The notes: generated by a model not told the origin, from the letters alone. A stretch of 64,000 bases of DNA from Eledone cirrhosa (GCA_964016885.1 OZ024742.1:148800001-148864000), one strand, 5' to 3'; shown: positions 12,456 to 28,919, counted from the stretch's first letter. Numbers and translations: made by a program.

Positions 12456-12689
12456 AATCCTTTCATTTCTCATCTCGTGTTTTAGACTCTTTCATTCTCT
12501 CTCTCTCTCCGATCTTCCGCTCAGTTATATTTTAACCCGACTTTTTGCTATGGACATAGGAGCCGGCTGTTTACAGCTGCTCCTATCTTTGAGATTCCCA
12601 CAATTTAATGAAAATTTTAATAATGCAATTTTAAGTAAAATTATTATTCACAGGGACTAGCAACAATCAGTAATCTATACCACCGCTAC

Positions 12690-13050
12690 AATGATACAAG
12701 CCTGAACAGTGAGGAAGAACGCTCTCTGGCGTGCACAACCTCAGGCGTAAGCCACGCCTTGGCCGCAGCGAACAAAATGGAAAAAGCCTTATCCCGAGGG
12801 ATAGCATAAGAGACACAATGAAATAGCCGTTCCAACTCACGGGGCTCACTCTGGCGGGTGACCAACTCCGCCACCACGATAGCAATGAGTAAGGAGAGGA
12901 TATGGGGACCAAGAACGCACGAAGTCTCCACCACTACAGATTCAATGACAAACCTATCGGAAAGCAGTCGATACTTTGAAAGCTTGCGATCTCCAGATTG
13001 TCGGGTAACGAAACCTGGATCTATCACTGAATGCACCAGGCTACTGCTGA
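12690..13050 (-). mobile_element. CRE-like non-LTR retrotransposon 3' remnant (restriction-like endonuclease C-terminus)
   Basis: KLSKYRLLSDRF...VVVETSCVLGP...EPRELERLF...AIPRDKAFSIL matches the KY...VET.G..G...LFQR.S.AI.RGNA pattern. Confidence 0.7.
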
Positions 13051-13796
13051 AGAATGTGTCACTACATGATTAATTTCTTCAAATCAAAGATAATCTATAA
13101 AGTTCTCGAGAAAGACGTCATTAATATTGTCACGTCATAATGACAATATGGAAAAGTCTTATATATAGTGAAGTCATATAAATGTCTAGGTATTTGAAAA
13201 TTGAACTAGGTGCGCTGTTCGTAAGACCGGTTAACCATTATTCAATATACTGATACCTGTGGATATAGCTAAATCAAATTGAATGAAATATTTATTCACA
13301 AACATAGCTTGGTGCTAAACTCGTACTCAATAAATTTCTGCAGTAACATAGTGTACCTAAAAAAAGAAAATGTACACATATTCTTTTTTATGTGTGCAAA
13401 AATATTCAAATAAGCAACCTCAGTAAAAACATATCCGTATATAACATTTTTGACTGAACTTTTACCCTATTAAAATATCCGAGAGATCTACATGGTGTGA
13501 ATGTGGATGTTTTCAAGAGACATCGCGACATTTACTGACCAAGATCCCGGATAAACGCACAGCAGGACGCGCAGTGCAAATAAGGACAGCAGCAACAAAC
13601 TCCCTTTTGCATTGTCTGCCATCCAAAATTATGTTTACACCTAGGATTAATTCTACCTCTCAAATTTATCCCAGATTAGTTTTACCACCCAGAGTTGTGT
13701 CTAGCATGTACGGATAAGTTTACCACCCAACAGTGATGTAACAAGAACTTTCGGTACCCGGAGGCAATGAGCATTTTGACAACTGAAACTTAATTC

Positions 13797-14110
13797 ACAA
13801 GCAGAGACTTCTGGTGTCCTTGGCCCTAGAGCCACCTCTCTACTCGCCACCATCGGCACAGAGTTGGCTACCCTCAGATGTGAGCCTCGTGAGCTGGAAT
13901 GGCTCTTCCAGTGCGTCTCCTTCACTATCCCCCAGGGAAACGTTTTCTCTATTCTGTCTGCCGGTGCTGCGGGGCGGCCAGCGTTCGGGCCCCCATTTGC
14001 TCATAATAGTGAGAGATGGGGAGAGCGGGACAGACGGAGGCAGTAACAGTGGGTGTTTGGTTCCTTTGTGTTCGGACCTGGTGTATAGGTATCATATTTA
14101 TTTACTGCAC
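13797..14110 (+). mobile_element. CRE-like 3' remnant, same family as 12690-13050 but inverted
   Basis: AETSGVLGPRA...EPRELEWLFQCVSFTIPQGNVFSIL, with a shared 3' UTR tail (ttcggacctggtgtat). Confidence 0.7.
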
Positions 14111-15230
14111 TAAATGTTACATATACATTGACTCAACAATAACCTAATTCTTTCTTTCCACTGTAAGATCATGAGTTTGATTCCCGGTGGCATCAAACAT
14201 CTCTTACTATTGACAGTCAACACAGGCAAGTTCCAAGTTCGTCTACTAATTTCTAGAGGAAAGTTTGCGTCCCTTTCATAACTGTAACCGCGAGCGACTT
14301 TACTCTTCATACACACACACATATTTGCTATGCCTCTCCTAGTCAGTGTTATGTCCTTTATTTAAATTGAGGAGAACTGATCCTCGCGAAGAATATTCAT
14401 GTCACTCAACATTTGGAATGCATTGTTTTTTAATGAAGAGCAAAGAAATACAGCTTTTGCGACAAAACGAAAATAATCCGAGGCAGTTGTTTGTAACCAT
14501 GAACAAAGCTAAAACAAATTCCAACACAAGGCACCTCGGCTTCTAAAATAAACATCTACTTAAGAACAACAAACCGCCTTTTTTTTCCCCATAAACAGCA
14601 GTTAGTTTCTTTGTCTCTAAATATAGAAAGAACATTACATTTGGTTTATGCAAGAATTTCAAATTCGACAGCAACAAACTGTGATTATAAATAGTGTCTA
14701 GAAATTATTTATTTGCATTTTTGTACGTTTCTTTTCTTTTATTCTTATTTATTTTTACATTTGGTGCGGGTCTGTTTTTGTTTTTTTTTATTTTCCATTT
14801 TCTTTGTTTTTTTGTGTGTGTGATAGGTAGTTTCTTTCTTATTTCAATAAAATCTTTCTTACAGTCATTTCTCTCCAAATCAATACATTTACAAACTTCA
14901 ATCCCCAGCCTATAAAAGTATAAAACAATAGAAGCAGTAAGAGTAGGTAAAGGTGTAAATTCTCTGCAACAAGACAAAAAAAAAAACTATTTCTGCTCCA
15001 ACACCTGGATTACCTTCTAGGTGTGTGTGTATATGAGTGTGCATATGTGTATATGTATGTGTATGTGTATATATATGTGTATGTGTATGTGTATATATAT
15101 GTGTATGTGTATGTGTATGTGTGTAAGAGTGTGTGTATGACTGTGTGTAAGAGGGTCGGTGTGGGTGGGTGTATATGTGTGTGTGTATCTGTATGTGTGC
15201 ATGTGCGCGCATGAGTGTGTGTGTGTGTAT

Positions 15231-15268
<38 letters not shown>

Positions 15269-15462
15269 CTACGTGTCTGTGTGTGCGTGTTTGTCTATGT
15301 GTATGTGTGTGTGTGTGTGTGAATGAGCATTCGTTTGGTTTCATTTTATTCTCTTGTTTATTTGCTTCGAGCTTCTTCCAAATCGTTATACAGAATTATT
15401 TTAACTAAGAAATGCTATGAAGCTGGCCAACTAAACGAGAAAACGATTGTTTGTGTCCTGTT

Positions 15463-18400
15463 ACCACCACCACAACCACAGCACCACCACAACCACCACA
15501 ACCACCACCACCACCACCACAACCACCACAACTACCACCACAAACACAACCACCACACCACCACAACCACACCACCACAACCACCACACCACCACAACCA
15601 CACCACAACCACAGCACCACCACAACCAAACCACCACCACAACCACACCACCACAACCACAGCACCACCACAACCACACCACCACCACAACCACAAACCA
15701 CCACAACCACCACCACACAACCACAACCACCACACCACCACGACCACCACCACACCACCACAACCACACCACCACCACCACCACCACAACCACCACCACC
15801 ACACCACCACCACACCACCACAACCACAACCACCACCACACCACCACAACTACCACCACAACCTCAACTACCACACCACCACACCACCACAACCACCACC
15901 ACCACCACAACCACCACCACACAACCACAACAACCACACCACCACAACCACCACCACACCACCACAACCACACCACCACGACCACCACCACAACCACCAC
16001 CACCACACCACCACCACACCACCACCACCACCACCACCACCACCACACCACCACAACTACCACCACAACCTCAACTACCACACCACCACACCACCACAAC
16101 CACCACCACCACCACCACCACCGCCACAACCACACCACAACCACCACCACCACCACAACCACCACAACTACCACCACCACACCACCACAACCACAACCAC
16201 AGCACCACCACAACCACACCACCACCACCACCACAACCACCACAACTACCACCACAACCACAACCACCACACCACCACAACCACACCACCACCACCACCA
16301 CACCACCACAACCACACCACAACCACAGCACCACCACCACCACACCACCACCACCACCACCACCACAACCACCACAACTACCACCACAACCACAACCACC
16401 ACCACCACCACCACCACCACAACCACACCACCACACCACCACCACCACCACAACCACCACAACTACCACCACAACCACAACTACCACACCACCACCACCA
16501 CCACCACAACCACACCACCACCACCACCACCACCACAACCACCACAACTACCACCACAACCACAACCACCACCACCACCACCACCACCACCACAACCACA
16601 CCACCACCACCACCACCAACACCACCACCACAACCACCACAACAACCACCACCACCACACCACCACCACACCACCACCACCACCACACCACCACAACTAC
16701 CACCACAACCTCAACTACCACGCCACCACACCACCACAACCACCACCACCACCACCACCACCGCCACAACCACACCACAACCACCACAACCACCACAACT
16801 ACCACCACAACCACAACCACCACACCACCACAACCACCACCACCACCACAACCACACCACAAACACCACAACCACCACCACCACCACCACCACCAGAACA
16901 CCACCATCACCACACCACCACAACCACACCACCACCACCACAACCACCACCACCACACCACCACCACCACCACCACCACCACCACCACCACAACCACACC
17001 ACAACCACCACCACCACCACAACCAACACCACCACACAACAACTACATTACTACCACCACCACACCACCACCACCACGACCACCACCACCACCACACCAC
17101 CACCACACCACCACCACCACCACCACTACCACAACCACACCACAACCACCACCACCACCACCACAACCACCACCACCACACCACCACACCACAACCACAA
17201 CCACCACACCACCACAACCACCACCACACCAGCACAACCACAACCACCACCACCACCACCACCACCCCACCACCACCACCACAACAACCACCACCACCAC
17301 ACCACCACCACACCACCACCACCACACCACCACAACTACCACCACAACCTCAACTACCACACCACCACACCACCACAACCACCACCACCACCACCACCAC
17401 CGCCACAACCACCACAACTACCACCACCACACCACCACAACCACAACCACCACCACCACACCACCACCACACCACCACCACCACCACAACAACCACCACC
17501 ACCACACCACCACCACACCACCACCACCACCACACCACCACAACTACCACCACAACCTCAACTACCACACCACCACAACACCACAACCACCACCATCACC
17601 ACCACCACCGCCACAACCACCACAACTACCACCACAACCACAACCACCACAACCACCACAACTACCACCACAACCACAACCACCACACCACCACAACCAC
17701 ACCACCACCACCACCACACCACCACAACCAAACCACAACCACAGCACCACCACCACCACACCACCGCCACCACCACCACCACAACCACCACAACTACCAC
17801 CACAACCACAACCACCACACCACCACCACCACCACCACAACCACCACAACTACCACCACAACCACAACCACCACCACCACCACCACCACCACAACCACAC
17901 CACCACACCACCACCACCACCACAACCACCACAACTACCACCACAACCACAACCACCACACCACCACCACCACCACCACAACCACACCACCACACCACCA
18001 CCACCACCACAACCACCACCACCACAACCACAACCACCACACCACCACCACCACCACAACCACACCACCGCCACCACCACCAAAACCACCACCACCACAC
18101 CACCACCACACCACCACCACCACCACCACAACCACCACCACCACACCACCACCACACCACCACCACCACCACCAACACACCACCACAACTACCACCACAA
18201 CCTCAACTACCACACCACCACACCACCACAACCACCACCACCACCACCGCCACAACCACACCACAACCACCACCACCACCACAACCACCACAAGTACCAC
18301 CACAACCACAACCACCACACCACCACAACCACCACCACCACCACAACCACACCACAAACACCACAACCACCACCACCACACCACCACCACCAGAACCACC

Positions 18401-21400
18401 ACCATCACCACACCACCACACCACCACCACCACCACCACCACAACGACCACCACCACACCACACCACCACCACACCACCACCACCACCACCACGACCACC
18501 ACAACCACACCACAACCACCACCACCACCACAGCCACCACCACCACACAACCACTACATTACTACCACCACCACACCACCACCACCACCACCACCACCAC
18601 CACACCACCACCACACCACAACCACCACAACCACACCACAACCACCACCACCACCACAACCACCACCACCACACCACCACACCACCACCACCACCACCAC
18701 CACAACCACACCACCACCACAGCACCACCACAACCACACCACCACCACCACCACAACCACCACAACTAGCACCACAACCACAACCACCACACCACCACAA
18801 CCACCACCACACCACCACAACCACACCACCACCACCACCACCACAACCACCACCACCACACCACCACCACACCACCACCACCACCACCACAACCACCACC
18901 ACCACACCACCACCACACCACCACCACCACCACACCACCACAACTACCACGACAACCTCAACTACCACACCACCACCCCACCACCACCACCACCACAACC
19001 ACACCACAACCACCACCACCACCACCACAACCACAACTACCACCACAACCACAACCACCACACCACCACAACCACCACCACCACCACAACCACACCACAA
19101 CCACCACAACCACCACCACCAGAACCACAACCACAGCACCACCACAACCACACCACCACCACAACCACACCACCACAACCACAGCACCACCACAACCACA
19201 CCACCACCACAACCACCACAACCAGCACCACACAACCACAACCACCACACCACCACAACCACCACCACACCACCACAACCACACCACCACCACCACCACC
19301 ACCACAACCACCACCACCACACCACCACCACACCACCACCACCACCACCACACCACCACAACTACCACCACAACCTCAACTACCACACCACCACACCACC
19401 ACAACCACCACCACCACCACAACCACCACAACACAACCACAACCACCACACCACCACAACCACCACCACACCACCACAACCACACCACCACCACCACCAC
19501 CACAACCACCACCACCACACCACCACCACACCACCACCACCACCACACCACCACAACTACCACCACAACCTCAACTACCACACCACCACACCACCACAAC
19601 CACCACCACCACCACCACCACCACCGCCACAACCACACCACAACCACCACCACCACCACAACCACCACAACTACCACCACCACACCACCACAACCACAAC
19701 CACAGCACCACCACAACCACACCACCACCACCACCACCACCACAACCACCACAACTACCACCACAACCACAACCACCACACCACCACAACCACACCACCA
19801 CCACCACCACACCACCACAACCACACCACAACCACAGCACCACCACCACCACAACACCACCACCACCACCACCACAACCACCACAACAACCACCACAACC
19901 ACAACCACCACCACCACCACCACCACAACCACACCACCACACCACCACCACCACCACAACCACCACAACTACCACCACAACCACAACCACCACACCACCA
20001 CCACCACAACAACACCACCACCACCACCACCACCACCACAACCACCACAATTACCACCACAACCACAACCACCACCACCACCACCACCACCACCACCACC
20101 ACAACCACACCACCACCACCACCAACACCACCACCACCACAACCACCACCACCACAACCACACCACCACCACCACCACAACCACACCACCACCACCACCA
20201 CAACCACCACAACTACCACCACAACCACAACCACCACACCACCACAACCACCACCACACCACCACAACCACAACCATCACCACCACACCACCACCACACC
20301 ACCACCACCACCACAACAACCACCACCACCACACCACCACCACACCACCACCACCACCACACCACCACAACTACCACCACAACCTCAACTACCACACCAC
20401 CACTCCACCACAACCACCACCACCCCCACCACCACCGCCACAACCACACCACAACCACCACCACCGCCACAACCACCACAACTACCACCACCACACCACC
20501 ACAACCACAACCACAGCACCACCACAACCACACCACCACCACCACCACCACCACAACCACCACAACTACCACCACAACCACAACCACCACACCACCACCA
20601 CCACCACCACACCACCACCACACCACCACCACCACCACCACTACCACAACCACACCACAACCACCACCACCACCACCACAACCACCACCACCACACCACC
20701 ACACCACCACCACCACTACCACAACCACACCACAACCACCACCACCACCACCACCACACCACCACACCACCACCTCCACCGCCACCACAACCACACCACC
20801 ACCACCACCACAACCACTGCACCACCACAACCACACCACCACCACCACCACAACCACCACAACTACCACCACAACCACAACCACCACACCACCACAATCA
20901 CCACCACACCACCACAACCACAACCACCACCACCACACCACCACCACACCACCACCACCACCACAACAACCACCACCACCACACCACCACCACACCACCA
21001 CCACCACCACACCACCACCACCACCACCACCACAACCACCACAACTACCACCACAACCACAACCACCACACCACCACCACCACCACCACCACAACCACCA
21101 CAACTACCACCACAACCACAACCACCACCACCACCACCACCACCACAACCACACCACCACACCACCACCACCACCACAACCACCACAACTACCACCACAA
21201 CCACAACCACCACACCACCACCACCACCACAACCACCACCACCACAACCACAACCACCACACCACCACCACCACCACCACAACCACACCACCACCACCAC
21301 CACAACCACCACAACTACCACCACAACCACAACCACCACAGCTACCACCACAACCACAACCACCACACCACCACCACCACCACCACAACCACACCACCAC

Positions 21401-22600
21401 CACCACCACCAAAACCACCACCACCACACCACCACCACACCACCACCACCACCACCACAACCACCACCACCACACCACCACCACACCACCACCACCATCA
21501 CCAACACACCACCACAACTACCACCACAACCTCAACTACCACACCACCACACCACCACAACCACCACCACCACCACCGCCACAACCACACCACAACCACC
21601 ACCACCACCACAACCACCACAACTACCACCACAACCACCACACCACCACAACCACCACCACCACCACAACCACACCACAACCACCACAACCACCACCACC
21701 ACACCACCACCACCAGAACCACCACCATCACCACACCACCACAACCACACCACCACCACCACCACAACCACCACCACCACACCACCACCACCACCACCAC
21801 CACCACCACACCACCACCACACCACCACCACCACCACCACGACCACCACAACCACACCACAACCACCACCACCACCACAACCACCACCACCACACAACCA
21901 CTACATTACTACCACCACCACACCACCACCACCACCACCACCACCACCACCACAACACCACCACCACACCACCACCACCACAACCACACCACAACCACCA
22001 CCACCACACCACCACACCACCACCACCACAACCACACCACAACCACCACCACCACACCACCACACCACCACCACCACCACCACCACAACCACACCACCAC
22101 CACCACCACAACCACAGCACCACCACAACCACACCACCACCACCACCACAACCACCACAACTACCACCACAACCACAACCACCACACCACCACAACCACC
22201 ACCACACCACCACAACCACACCACCACCACCACCACCACAACCACCACCACCACACCACCACCAAACCACCACCACCACAACCACCACCACCACACCACC
22301 ACCACACCACCACCACCACCACACCACCACAACTACCACCACAACCTCAACTACCACACCACCACAACCACCACCACCACCACCACCACCACCACAACCA
22401 CACCACAACCACCACCACCACCACCACCACAACTACCACCACAACCACAACCACCACACCACCACAACCACCACCACCACCACAACCACACCACAACCAC
22501 CACAACCACCACCACCAGAACCACCACCATCACCACAGCACCACAACCACACCACCACCACCACCACAACCACCACCACCACATCACCACCACCACACCA
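15463..22600. repeat. ~7.1-kb complex (CAC)n/CACAAC/CACAC satellite with higher-order duplications
   Basis: The top strand is almost entirely C and A; rare marker words (aacctcaactac, accagaacc, actacattact) recur. Confidence 0.95.
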
Positions 22601-24240
22601 CCACCACCACCACTACCACCGCCACCATCACCACCACCACATCGCTACCACCGCCACCATCACCACCGCTACATCGCTACCACCGCCACCATCACCACCA
22701 CTACATCGCTACCACCGCCACCATCACCACCACTACATCGCTACCACCGCCACCATCACCACTACTACATTGCTAACACCGCCACCATCACCACCACTAC
22801 ATCGCTACCACCGCCACCGTCACCACCACCACATCTCTACCACCGCCACCATGACCACCACTACATCGCTACCACCGCCACCATCACCACCACCACATCG
22901 CTACCACCGCCACCATCACCACCACCATATCGCTACCACCGCCACCATCACCACCACTACATCGCTACCACCGCCACCAACACCACCACTACATCGCTAC
23001 CACCGTCACAATCACTACCACCGCCACCATCATCACCACTACATCGCTACCACCGCCACCATCACCACCACTACATCGCTACCACCGCCACCATCACCAC
23101 CACCACATCGCTACCACCGCCACCATCACCACCACTACATCGCTACCACCGCCACCATTACCACCACCACATCGCTACCACCGCCACCATCACCACCACC
23201 ACATCGCTACCACCGCCACCAACACCACCACTACATCGCTACCACCGTCACCATCACTACCACCGCCACCATCACCACCACCACATCGCTACCACCGCCA
23301 CCATCACCACCACTACATCACCACCACCGCCACCATCACCACCACTACATCGCTACCACCGCCACCATCACCACCACTACATCGCTACCACCGCCACCAT
23401 CACCACCACCACATCTCTACCACCGCCACCGTCACCACCACCACCTCGCTACCACCACCACCATCACCATCACCCCCATCACCACCACCACATCGCTACC
23501 ACCGCCACCATCACCACCACCACATCGCTACCACCGCCACCATCACCACCACTACATCGCTACCACCGCCACCAACACCACCACTACATCGCTACCACCG
23601 TCACCATCACTACCACCGCCACCATCATCACCACTACATCGCTACCACCGCCACCATCACCACCACTACATCGCTACCACCGTCACCATCACTACCACCA
23701 CCACTACATCGCTACCACCGCCACCATCATCGCCACCATCACCACCACTACATCGCTACCACCGCCACCATCACCACCACTACATCGCTACCACCGCCAC
23801 CATCACCACCACTATATCGCTACCACCGTCACCATCACCACCACCACATCTCTACCACCGCCACCGTCACCACCACTACATCGCTACCACCGCCACCATC
23901 ACCACCACTACACCACTACCACCGCCACCATCACTACATCGCTACCACCGCCACCATCATCGCCACCATCACCCCCACTACATCGCTACCACCGCCACCA
24001 TCACCACCACTACATCGCTACCACCGCCACCATCACCACCACTACATCGCTACCACCGCCACCATCACCACCACTACATCACTACCACCGCCACCATCAC
24101 TACATCGCTACCACCGCCACCATCATCGCCACCATCACCCCCACTACATCGCTACCACCGCCACCATCACCACCACTACATCGCTACCACCGCCACCATC
24201 ACCACCACTACATCGCTACCACCGCCACCATCACTACCAT
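22600..24240. repeat. ~1.6-kb minisatellite with the 32-bp unit catcgctaccaccgccaccatcaccaccacta
   Basis: Unit read directly. The translation cycles through all three frames every 96 nt (HRYHRHHHHHY-IATTATITTTT-SLPPPPSPPL). Confidence 0.95.
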
Positions 24241-24374
24241 AACGTTGTGTTCGTGGTCAGGATACCTAACTCTGAATGGTCTATAATAATTTAAATTTTC
24301 CAGACTATTAACTTCATTTGGTCTGTGTTTATTAGTGTGTGTGAGTGTGTGTTCATTCGTGTGTGTGTGTTCAT

Positions 24375-24475
<101 letters not shown>

Positions 24476-24947
24476 CGTGTGTGTGTGTGTACGAGTGTGT
24501 CTGTTCTGACGTGTGTTTATCTCTGCGTGTTTGTGTTGTGGGCTATACATGTGTATGTTTATGTGTGCGTATGTCTTTGATTGTGCGTGGTGTGTGTGTG
24601 TGTATGTGCTGTGTGTGTGCTGTGTGCTATGCATGTATGTGTCTATGTGTGTGTGTTTGTGCTGTGTGTGCTGTGTGTGCTGTGTGTGTTTGTATGTGTG
24701 TGTGTATGTGTGTTTGTATGTCCGTGGTGTGTTGTGTGTATGTGTGTGTGTGTGTGTGTGTGTAGCACTATGTTTCGATCGGTTCAATATTCTACAGTTC
24801 TATTTTGCTAAATGTACTATTTCTAAATACATATTCTTAAGCAGGGTTTAGACTCAGAAACTATAATTATATATAACGCAGCGCTTGAACACATACGCAC
24901 ACACTTGCGCATACACATACATGCGTACACAAATGTACATACATACA

Positions 24948-25300
24948 TGATGGCTGCCCCCTCGTTATCGAGTATGGCCATTGCACGATATACCATTATT
25001 AATTAATTCTATCGTGCAATGCCTGTGCGTAAAGATATTTTTTAAAGTGAGGAAAGGCTGTGCACTGAACCAATCCCACTCTCTGAGCGACAGTAGCTAT
25101 AACCCGAAAAGAAGAAAAGATCAACATCATCGGTAACTACTAAACCGTAGGTTTTATATCGGAGTTATCCCAGTTTCCTGAGTTGCCTTCTCCTAGAAGA
25201 ATTCCCTGACAAAGGCTAGGGGTCCTTCACTCCCAGTGGTTTAACCGCGCGGTACATGTGTATATACATATTTACCCACTTTTGGATGGCCGTTGACTCT
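24948..25300 (-). mobile_element. 5'-truncated copy of the (CATA)n-associated non-coding element
   Basis: Nearly identical to 32378-32690 plus 32810-32830; CATA repeats on both sides. Confidence 0.8.
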
Positions 25301-26085
25301 TACATACATATAGGAGGTAATTAGAAGTGGCACTAGCATAGCATTATCCAAACGACTAACCTCCCCCCTCTCCCTCTCTCTCTCACTCTTTCTCTCTCTC
25401 GGTGTGTTTCTTTCTTTTTCTATTTATCTATCTCTATTTCCCTTTCTCTCAGTTTTTCTCTCTCGCATGATCTCTCTCTTTATTGTTTCATTGTCTCTTA
25501 TCCTTTCTCTTTCTATGACACACTATTTCTCTGTTTCTACATCTCTTTATTTCTCTTTCTCCTCTTCTCTCTCTCCTCCTCCCTCTCATATCTTCTGAAC
25601 CTCTATTTCCCTCTCTCGCTCTCCCTCCCTCTCTTCTAGTTGTTCAGCAAATACAGGATGGATGTCCCAAAAGTCACTATACACTTATTTTAAATTCTTT
25701 AAAATTGCACAACAAACTGAGCTTATTCCTATTTTTAGCATCAACAAAGGAGTCATTGCAGTTCTACTCGCTAAACTTGCTATCATGTTTTAACGCCTTG
25801 ACGACAAGCTGTATACCTCCATATGAGAGCCTCTATTTTCAACAACCTTCAGCTACCTTTGGATTTCCCCCAAATTCGACAGTTATGTCGGTGTACCCGA
25901 CCAGAAATATGAAAGATCGACTCGTCGCTGAACCATAAGTTTTCCAAGAGTGAAAGTAATGATTTGGTAATGGCGGAGAAGTAATTCACACATTTTCACA
26001 CGAGAGTCATAATCTTCTGTATGAAACGTTTGAACAACCTGAAGTCTATCCCACCTCACCATCTCTTCCTCTTCTCTCCTTCCTG

Positions 26086-26156
<71 letters not shown>

Positions 26157-26842
26157 ATTCTTCCTTTCTCTAAGCCATTTCTACCACGACTACAATGCCC
26201 CAGTGGCTTCTGCTCCTTTGAGTTAGCTGATCTTGTACCACCTCGCTGGTTTCTCCTCCTCTCACCATCTATGCTGTGTCAGGCCCCACACTATCAACTA
26301 CACCCTGTCTGTTCACCCTTAGAACGTTGACTTTCTGGAATTACCCTGCTATACGTGTTATTTTCATGAATCAGTCGAGTTGCAATAGTTTAAGAGGAAC
26401 ATTAATAGCACCAATCTCACTGTTCTTAGAAGCCCTGCGAAATCCATGTGCACAGCCCTTTGTTTTTTCAGTAAAATTTAATGAAAAATATAAAATCATA
26501 GTACCGAATACAAGTTACAAACTGCCGATCGAGCCCGTTGCCAATAAAGGCAAGAACACTGGATGGCATTACCCCTACTTTTTAACTGTGCACTCGCAGA
26601 TTTCGAGAAAATTAGAGTTATTGCGAATTAGTGTGCTTATCCAGAATGTACTGAAGCTCCCTTCCCCGAACACCATGGCCTATCGACGGGCCTGTTGTCG
26701 ACCCTTCGGCTGGTTGTGCACTACCCATAACTACTTGAATATCCACAGTCTTTATTCTGTTTGTAATCAATTGAGATTTACGACATTTAATCATTTCATC
26801 CTATTAATCTTTTCCTTTATATTATTATTTTTCATCATTCAG

Positions 26843-26946
26843 AGCGAAGAACTTCGATCCTGGAAGACATGATGCATTAATCTGTTTGAAAGTGGAACGA
26901 TTAGATTACGATCCACACTATGCATATAAATTGTCACGCCTCAACA
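26843..26946 (+). CDS. Penultimate coding exon of the uncharacterised gene (RAKNFDPGRHDALICLKVERLDYDPHYAYKLSRLN)
   Basis: Acceptor tttttcatcattcAG, donor GTAAGA, 104 nt, phase 2 in and phase 1 out; fits both neighbouring exons. This frame is not in the ORF track. Confidence 0.8.
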
Positions 26947-28919
26947 GTAAGATGATTTCCATATTTATCACTATGTCTTTTGCTGTTACTGTCGCTATGT
27001 ACTGTCGGTAATGTTATTGTTGTTGTAATGTGTATTCCCTATATTTACTGTTATGCCTTTCTGTGTTACTGTCGTTTGTAATGTCGTTGTAATCTTTATT
27101 TCCTGATGTATAAGTATTACTCGCTGAAAGATTTCAGCTGAGCATATTCACGGTCTATAGCAACGAGCTACACATTTTCATCAAAATATTTTGCACCAAC
27201 AGAAGGAAAATTTGTTCTTGCTAAGATTTTTATCTTCGTATCATTGCTAGTAGCAGCCGACATTTTCCTGGAGGCAAAACCAAAGAAGCGGGCTTGCTCA
27301 TGGTACTGTTGTTGGCTTTCAAAAAGTTTTATACATACAATTCAGTATTAATTTCTTACATAGGATAAGACCATAAATTGTAAAGGCAAAAATAAAACCA
27401 TGTCGCTCATGTCTTTCTGACCAAATTGCTGCATGTTTACGTTAATCAAAAGACAGTGACGTTGAGAAATGATTAAATTTAGAAATTACTTCAGAAGGAT
27501 TTATATTAGGGCAAATTTACATACAATTCTAGAATACTGTGTGGGTTTGCAGGCCATCTAATATAATCACTTTATCCTCTGTTGGCGAATATTCAATCCT
27601 TTGAGAAAATACAAAGGCAGTCAGAATAGGTAGTTGTGACGTTCTTACTTCTGCTAATGACAATAATAAGGAGGGTACGGGAAGTGGACTTGTATTAACA
27701 TAGAATGGAAAATTGGACGTAGACTTGACCCTATATGAGCTTGATTCTTGTTCTACGGGGTTCAACATTTACAAATATTGATTTATTTGTTGGCTGGGTA
27801 CAACGATTTGGAGAAAGGGGAAATAAGAAATGTAACGTTTGTGTCCCTCTTCTAAGTGAAACCTCTATTTGATGGAGGCTTATCTCATGCTTTATTCCAA
27901 TCGTCCTTTATATTTACAAAAATTGACTGGCAAAAATTATCAACAAATTTACTGACCATTTTTAAAATACTTGAAAACAATTTCGTAAGAATGAATTAGA
28001 ATTCTGTTATATAAGGAAGGTATAGCAACACTGGAAGATTATTATCTGATAAAGTCGAATAGTAAAAAGCACATCATGAAATTATGATCATTTTGGATGA
28101 CAAAATTTAATCTGCAGGTCGCTTTATCGAATAATGATTGAACATAGACAGAGGGCCACAAATTTGAACTGGTATTAATGTTATCGATCTCTTCAGAGTA
28201 AAAGGTAAATTCAGTCAATCTACAACATTTTGGTTACTTACAAACAATTATTCCTTTCTTCGAACAAAACCAATTTTCTATGAAGAGTTCGATAATCTAA
28301 TCGGTTTCTTACTTACGCTTGTTTTATCGACAATCGAAGGATATCCACCACCCAGTGTAATTTAGACGTAATGGTGCTTGATATTAAACTAGTTAGGGTG
28401 GGGGAATTGGTAGGATTGAGAGTAGGGTAGCAAAATTGGTAGGGCATTGGATAATATGCCATTGCAATATTTGCTCTGGCTCTTTACATTCTGAGTTCTA
28501 ATACAGCTGAGGTCAACTTTGCTTTTCATCCTTCAGCGGTCGATGAAATAAAGTACCAGCCAAAGGCTCGAGTCAGTGAAATTGACTTTCCAATCCTTTC
28601 TCGAACTGTTGGGGCCCTGTACCAAATTTATAAATCAATATTAAGCTAAATATAATCAACCATCAGAAAATTATTTATATTGTTATCAGTTTGCACCAAT
28701 GTGCCAACTTCGTGATAGTAGGTGGTAAGCTTCCAGCAAACTGATCTTGCAGACTGATTTCAATTCATGATTACGACTCTTCCACTTCATTTCAGCAGAT
28801 TTATAGAAAGGTATGAAGACCACAGCAGTTGCTTTCCGCTCTTTTCTAGGGAGTAATTATTTAGATATCCGAATGGATTGTTTATGTATTCATTGAAAAT
28901 ATTTCTCTTCTGTTTCCAG

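Noticed and set aside
15323-24242. Giant ORFs of 1148-2931 aa rich in His/Thr/Pro (mucin- or extensin-like)
   Set aside because: All frames are open only because the C/A strand cannot form stop codons. Repeat units are not multiples of 3, so the peptide cycles through frames, and the array lies inside a phase-consistent intron.
26276-26872. 198-aa ORF
   Set aside because: No recognisable motifs. It runs through the polypyrimidine tract of the real exon at 26843, which uses a different frame.
27529-27768. 79-aa minus-strand ORF in the last intron of the + gene
   Set aside because: No splice-site support or recognisable homology.
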